From an uncultured Alphaproteobacteria bacterium (lineage in GTDB: Bacteria; Pseudomonadota; Alphaproteobacteria; HIMB59; GCA-002718135), in assembly GCA_902582755.1 (NCBI GenBank), contig CACHSZ010000002.1:157539-221538 (forward strand): a DNA stretch of 64,000 nt. The letters run 5' to 3'. Shown piece by piece: positions 59,393 through 64,000 of this stretch. Within the stretch, counting starts at the first letter, position 1; the number at the start of each line of letters is the position of its first letter. The translations under genes and the position numbers were made by a program. Under the pieces are notes generated by a model. It was not told the DNA's origin. It did no database searches and saw only the letters and a program-made list of their open reading frames with translations.

Positions 59393-60703
59393 ATGGTTAA
59401 TTTAATTAAAACACTACAATTTATCATAATTTTTCTGGTTATTAATTCTGGAGCTTTAGCTTTAACTAGCTCATCTTTTTTAATCTCACAATCTGCCTTT
59501 AATAATTATGATTATAGTTCCACTTTATTTAAATTTAATATGGATAAAGTCACCCTATCTCAAGATAGTCTTTTAGATAAAGCTATTGCTGCAATAATTA
59601 CAGAGGATCTAGTTTTAGCTTTAAAAATTGCTGATAAAATCTTAAGTGAAAACAAAAATAACCCAGAAGCTTTAATTATAAAAACCACATCTCTTTACAA
59701 AGATAAAAAATTTAAAGACATCATTGAACTAAGAGATAACATGCTGCAACCAAGTGAATTATTAGACTTTATTTTTTTTGCTGATAACAGACTTAAAAAT
59801 AATAGTACTATAAGTAATGCTCTAGTTGAATTGGTATCATCCTCATATTCAAATAATGAACAAAGTCGTTTAAATTATAATTTTTTATTATTTTATACCT
59901 CACTCGCAAAAATACTTGATCCAAAAAATGACAGAGCAATGATTATTAAAGCAGAGTTATTTTCGCAAGTTGGACAAGATAAGGTTGCATCAGATATATA
60001 TGCGAAGATAGATAAGGAAAGTATTTATTATTTAGATGCTCAGAATAGTCTTGCTAGACATTACTTATTCAATAATACCTACGAGGAAGCTGAAACTAAA
60101 ATTAAATCATTAGTTGAAAATAATAACAACAATTATTCTCTAAAAAAAACTTTAGGTGATTTTTATCGTTACAATAAAAAGTATGATTTAGCTTTAGATG
60201 TTTATGATGAAATGATCAAAGAAAACCAGGATGATATCTGGAATATTTTTTATATGAGAGGTATTTGCTATGAACAAAAAGATGAATGGGACTTAGCTGA
60301 AAAAGATTTTTTACGATCCTTAGAAATTAAACCTGGGACACCAAATGTTTTAAATTATCTTGCATATGGTTGGGTTGAAAGAAATATTAAATTAGACCGT
60401 TCTTTGAAAATGTTAGAGGAGGCATATAAAGCTAATCCTGATAGTTTTTATATTATAGACAGTTTAGCGTGGGCTCATTTTAAAAAAAATAATCTTTCAG
60501 AAGCTGCAAGATTAATGGAAAAGGTAATAGATATTGCACCTGGTGAAGCAATATCTCTAGACCATCTTGGTGATATTTATTATGCTATGAATAGAAAAAG
60601 AGAAGCAATTCATTTTTGGCAACAAGCGTTAGAGTTGGCTGAGCCAGAAGATGAAATAACTGAAGATGTTCAAAGCAAATTAGATAATATTAATGCTGGA
60701 TAA
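59393..60703 (+). CDS. Tetratricopeptide-repeat protein
   Basis: TPR patterns, LNYLAY.W, IDSLAW and DHLGD; conserved position upstream of ispE. Confidence 0.88.
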   Translation: MVNLIKTLQFIIIFLVINSGALALTSSSFLISQSAFNNYDYSSTLFKFNMDKVTLSQDSLLDKAIAAIITEDLVLALKIADKILSENKNNPEALIIKTTSLYKDKKFKDIIELRDNMLQPSELLDFIFFADNRLKNNSTISNALVELVSSSYSNNEQSRLNYNFLLFYTSLAKILDPKNDRAMIIKAELFSQVGQDKVASDIYAKIDKESIYYLDAQNSLARHYLFNNTYEEAETKIKSLVENNNNNYSLKKTLGDFYRYNKKYDLALDVYDEMIKENQDDIWNIFYMRGICYEQKDEWDLAEKDFLRSLEIKPGTPNVLNYLAYGWVERNIKLDRSLKMLEEAYKANPDSFYIIDSLAWAHFKKNNLSEAARLMEKVIDIAPGEAISLDHLGDIYYAMNRKREAIHFWQQALELAEPEDEITEDVQSKLDNINAG

Positions 60704-61529
60704 AATAATTGAAAAATCACCTGCCAAAATTAATTTATTTTTAAAAATTATAAATAGAAGAGATGATGGTTTTCATAATATTCGTACTGGAATAACATTC
60801 ATTGATCTTTTTGATGAGATAACTGTTCAACCTCACAGCAAATTTCAAGTAATCTATACAGGTAATTTTGCTCCAAAAAATAATCTATTTGAGGATTGCA
60901 TTATTGATAAATTATTTACCTATATAAATGAAGATAAACCTAAACTTCTCTTTACTATATCAAAGAATTTTCCTTATGAAGCTGGTTTAGGTTCTGCTTC
61001 CTCTAATGTTGCAAGTGTTATAAAAATTTTAGAAAATCTTGAGATAATAAGAAAGAAAAATATATTTGATTATGTTGATCTCGGTTCCGATATCCCTATT
61101 TTCTTGAATCAAAAAGATGCTCTAGTTAGAGGTAGGGGAGATTTAATTGCTAATGTTCATTTTCCAAAATATTATTTCTTACTAATTAGACCGTCTTTCA
61201 AATGTTCTACAAAAAAAATGTATGATTCATTTCAACCTTCAGATTTTGATTATAACGCTGAATTTGATTTAGAAGAAATAAATGATCAAGATTCTGGAAA
61301 TGATTTTGAAAAAATTCTTAAAAAAAATGAACCAGAATTTTTATCAATCATAAATTTCTTGGAGGATTTTGATGATGTTATATTTTCAAGACTGACTGGG
61401 AGTGGTTCTTGTATTTACAGTGTATTTGAAAAAAAAGAGCATGCTATAAATGCGCAAAAAAAATTTCAACAAAGCTTTTCAAATCTATGGACACATCTAA
61501 GTGAAAATAATTTGATTAATCTATTTTAA
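60693..61529 (+). CDS. ispE: 4-(cytidine 5'-diphospho)-2-C-methyl-D-erythritol kinase
   Basis: PAKINLFL, AGLGSASSN, LGSDIP, NDFE and LTGSGS motifs. Confidence 0.93.
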   Translation: MLDKIIEKSPAKINLFLKIINRRDDGFHNIRTGITFIDLFDEITVQPHSKFQVIYTGNFAPKNNLFEDCIIDKLFTYINEDKPKLLFTISKNFPYEAGLGSASSNVASVIKILENLEIIRKKNIFDYVDLGSDIPIFLNQKDALVRGRGDLIANVHFPKYYFLLIRPSFKCSTKKMYDSFQPSDFDYNAEFDLEEINDQDSGNDFEKILKKNEPEFLSIINFLEDFDDVIFSRLTGSGSCIYSVFEKKEHAINAQKKFQQSFSNLWTHLSENNLINLF

Positions 61530-63084
61530 ATTCTTTCTTAAATTCTTTAATTGAAAGCACTTCATTTATTGGCTTGTCCCACCTAATTCTATGAATTCGA
61601 GGAAAACGCATAGCGACACCTGATTTATGTCTAGTGCTGGGGAATACATCGTCAAAGGCTACTTCTAAAATAATTTCTTTTTTTACTTCTCTTACAGGAC
61701 CAAATTTATTGGTAGTATTATTTCTAATAAATTTATCTAAAACTAATAGCTCTTTATCTGTGTAACCGGAATATGCTTTTCCTATAGGAACTAATTCATT
61801 TTCTTTCCAAACACCAAACGTAAAATCTGAATAATATGATGATCTTTTGCCATGTCCTCGTTGAGCATACATTAAAATAGCATCAACTAGTTTTGGATTT
61901 TTTTTCCATTTGTACCAATACCCCTTTTTTCTTCCTGGTAAATATTCACTATTTTTAAGTTTAATCATTACACCTTCATTTAAATCATCATAAAAATTAT
62001 TTTTATATTTAGTTAATTCTTCCCATGTTGAAAAATTAATGATGGTAGATAAATCAATTTGATTAGTTGTATTTTCTTTTTGAAATTTTTCTAAATATTT
62101 TCTTCTTTCAACGAGAGATAATTTTCTTAAATCTTTTCCTTTATAAAAAAGGATATCATAAGCTCGTATGAAAACAGGAAACTTTTTTTGAAGATCTTTT
62201 GAAGCTTTTTTTCTATTTAATCTTTGTTGTAGATCATTAAAACCAGAGGGCTTAAAATTTCCACCCACAAGTAATTCCCCGTCAATAACTGCATCACCTT
62301 TAGTAGTTTCAATTATTTCTGGGAATGCAGATGATATATTATCGCCTGTTCTTGAGTATAGTGAAACACTGTTTGATGAAACCATAAGCTGAACTCTGAT
62401 CCCATCCCATTTATATTCTGCTTGAAATTCATTCGCGTCTAATCTTTTAAAATCTTTTTCCTCATCAATAGGATTAGCAAGCATCATAGGATGAAATAAT
62501 TTTTTAAAATCTATTTTTGGTTTTGATATTTCATTTTTTAACCATTGAAATAAATTTTCATATGGAAATTCTAGACCATGCCAAATTTCCTCAATCTCAT
62601 TTACAGATTTATTATACAGATCAGCTAAGGCTGTTTTGACTAATCTTTCTGAGACTCCAATTCGCAATCCACCCGTGCAAATTTTTATTAAAGTCCACCT
62701 TTCGTTATTAGATAGTTCGCTCAAAACTTTACTAAACTCTGTATTAATTTCAGACTTTTTAATTTTTTTTATATTTTCTATTAAGGTAGATAAATTTTGT
62801 GATTTACCCTCTTTATTTGTTGGCCAAATTAATGATATTGTTTCTGCTAAATCCCCAACATAGTCATATGAGTAATCAAATAAATGTTGATCTACTTGTT
62901 CATAGACAAGTTCTCTGAGTTTAGATGCTTTAATAAATTGAAATGAAAGTTGGTCAGATAAAATTGCAAGCGCATATGCACGGTTGATATCAAGTATTTT
63001 AAAATAATCCTGAAGTAATTTAATTTTAGTATTTCGACTTGGTGTTAAAATCAAATTGTGAAGTAAGGAAGAAAATTTTTTCAT
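61516..63084 (-). CDS. ATP-dependent DNA ligase (ligase-Lhr-exonuclease cluster type)
   Basis: EYKWDGIR (motif I), DGEL, EGVMIK, WYKWK, YAQRGHGKRS and RFPRI motifs. Confidence 0.93.
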   Translation of the reverse strand: MKKFSSLLHNLILTPSRNTKIKLLQDYFKILDINRAYALAILSDQLSFQFIKASKLRELVYEQVDQHLFDYSYDYVGDLAETISLIWPTNKEGKSQNLSTLIENIKKIKKSEINTEFSKVLSELSNNERWTLIKICTGGLRIGVSERLVKTALADLYNKSVNEIEEIWHGLEFPYENLFQWLKNEISKPKIDFKKLFHPMMLANPIDEEKDFKRLDANEFQAEYKWDGIRVQLMVSSNSVSLYSRTGDNISSAFPEIIETTKGDAVIDGELLVGGNFKPSGFNDLQQRLNRKKASKDLQKKFPVFIRAYDILFYKGKDLRKLSLVERRKYLEKFQKENTTNQIDLSTIINFSTWEELTKYKNNFYDDLNEGVMIKLKNSEYLPGRKKGYWYKWKKNPKLVDAILMYAQRGHGKRSSYYSDFTFGVWKENELVPIGKAYSGYTDKELLVLDKFIRNNTTNKFGPVREVKKEIILEVAFDDVFPSTRHKSGVAMRFPRIHRIRWDKPINEVLSIKEFKKEFKID

Positions 63085-64000
63085 TCTATTTCTTCATCAC
63101 TTCTTCCTTGGATGGAAAGGGGCTTTGAAACAAGATTTTGTTTCTTACAATAATAAACCAATGCATCTTCCTGACCATGCGTAATAAGAATATTTTTCGC
63201 TTTTGATTTTTTAATTGTATCTAGTAATTCATTCCAATCACTATGATCACTAATAACTAAAGGTAATTCAATACCTCGTTGTTTTGCTCTTTGCTTAACT
63301 GTCATCCATCCACTTGCCATGCAAATAATAGGATTAGGAAATCGTCTTGACCAACGATCCTTTAAAGCTGAAGGAGGGGCAATAATTATTTTACCCTCAT
63401 AAAAGCTTTTATCTTTTGAAGAAACTTTTTCAAACTTTCCAATATTAATTTTTTCTTTTGAATAATATTGGCATAACTTTTCTAGAGAGCCATGAATATA
63501 AATTGTCTCATTATATTTCTGCTGACGTAAAAGATTCATTACTCTTTGTGCTTTGCCAAGTGCATACGCGCCAACAATATGACAATTATTTTTATTTATC
63601 TTTACAGATCGTATGAGTTTTTGAATTTCATCTTTGGGATCTGGATGTTGAAATATGGGTAATCCAAATGTTGCTTCGGTAATTAAAGTATCACATTTAA
63701 CCAGTTTAAAATTTTTACATGTTTCGTCTTTTCCTACTTTATAATCACCTGTGATGACCAAACGATGATTATTTTTTTCAATTAAAACTTGAGCACTCCC
63801 TAAAATATGTCCTGCAGGGTATAATGTAAAATTAAAGTTTTTAATCGAGTATTTTTGCCCATATCGAAGAGGAGTAAATTTCTTCGCACATTTATCTCCG
63901 TAGCGAATTTTCATTATGTCTATTGTCTGCCTAGTAGCAATAACATGATCATGTCCAAATCGAGCATGATCTGCGTGACCATGTGTAATAATTGCTGTTT
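63081..64000 (-). CDS. Ligase-associated DNA damage response exonuclease (MBL/beta-CASP), 5' end beyond the window
   Basis: The frame stays open upstream of 63914 (TAIITHGHADHARFGH, HxHxDH motif); AGHILGS, EATFGLP and SDHSDW motifs. Confidence 0.9.
   Translation of the reverse strand, partial: TAIITHGHADHARFGHDHVIATRQTIDIMKIRYGDKCAKKFTPLRYGQKYSIKNFNFTLYPAGHILGSAQVLIEKNNHRLVITGDYKVGKDETCKNFKLVKCDTLITEATFGLPIFQHPDPKDEIQKLIRSVKINKNNCHIVGAYALGKAQRVMNLLRQQKYNETIYIHGSLEKLCQYYSKEKINIGKFEKVSSKDKSFYEGKIIIAPPSALKDRWSRRFPNPIICMASGWMTVKQRAKQRGIELPLVISDHSDWNELLDTIKKSKAKNILITHGQEDALVYYCKKQNLVSKPLSIQGRSDEEIE

Noticed and set aside
1338-62863. Many 60-145 aa ORFs antisense or out of frame within longer genes (e.g. 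1338..1595, 10630..10965, 28793..29230, 41484..41834, 49615..50052)
   Set aside because: They lie largely or wholly inside well-supported genes, have no recognisable motifs, and look like shadow ORFs

Overview
A gene-dense, very AT-rich chromosomal window from a streamlined, probably marine alphaproteobacterium. It looks SAR11/Pelagibacterales-like or HIMB59/AEGEAN-169-like, inferred from composition, minimal intergenic space and the alphaproteobacterial gene order. (1) 1-21.2 kb is an accessory sugar/polyol catabolic island. A sugar ABC importer is divergent from a cluster with two MocD-like membrane di-iron oxygenases, a MocF-like ferredoxin reductase, a MocE-family Rieske ferredoxin, a PanB-fold protein that has lost the PanB Mg/ketoacid motifs, a sterol-desaturase-family di-iron enzyme, a lactonase and an IlvD/Edd sugar-acid dehydratase. 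A pentitol-to-xylulose module follows. This cluster is the best candidate for an undescribed system: oxidative demethylation and catabolism of a methylated sugar or cyclitol. (2) 21.2-31.3 kb is core: rnhA, thrB, ispH, the Fo ATP synthase genes, a short smc, dsbA, dciA and mutY. (3) 31.3-54.4 kb separates the usually adjacent mutY and ccrM. It holds a mosaic purine cluster (long PurL plus PurQ without purS, PAICS-like PurC, CBS-less GuaB), a GNAT-like hypothetical, a MATE pump, and a two-partner secretion pair whose TpsA carries about 12 FG-GAP/integrin-like repeats. (4) 54.4-64 kb is core: ccrM with clustered GANTC sites, an unannotated anti-Shine-Dalgarno sRNA candidate with a LysR-type box, rnhB, moaB, slt, a cysteine-free family-4 UDG, a TPR protein, ispE, an ATP-dependent ligase and a ligase-associated exonuclease cut by the window edge. 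No rRNA, tRNA, CRISPR array, transposase or integrase was seen. All assignments come from motif recognition by eye; no searches were run.
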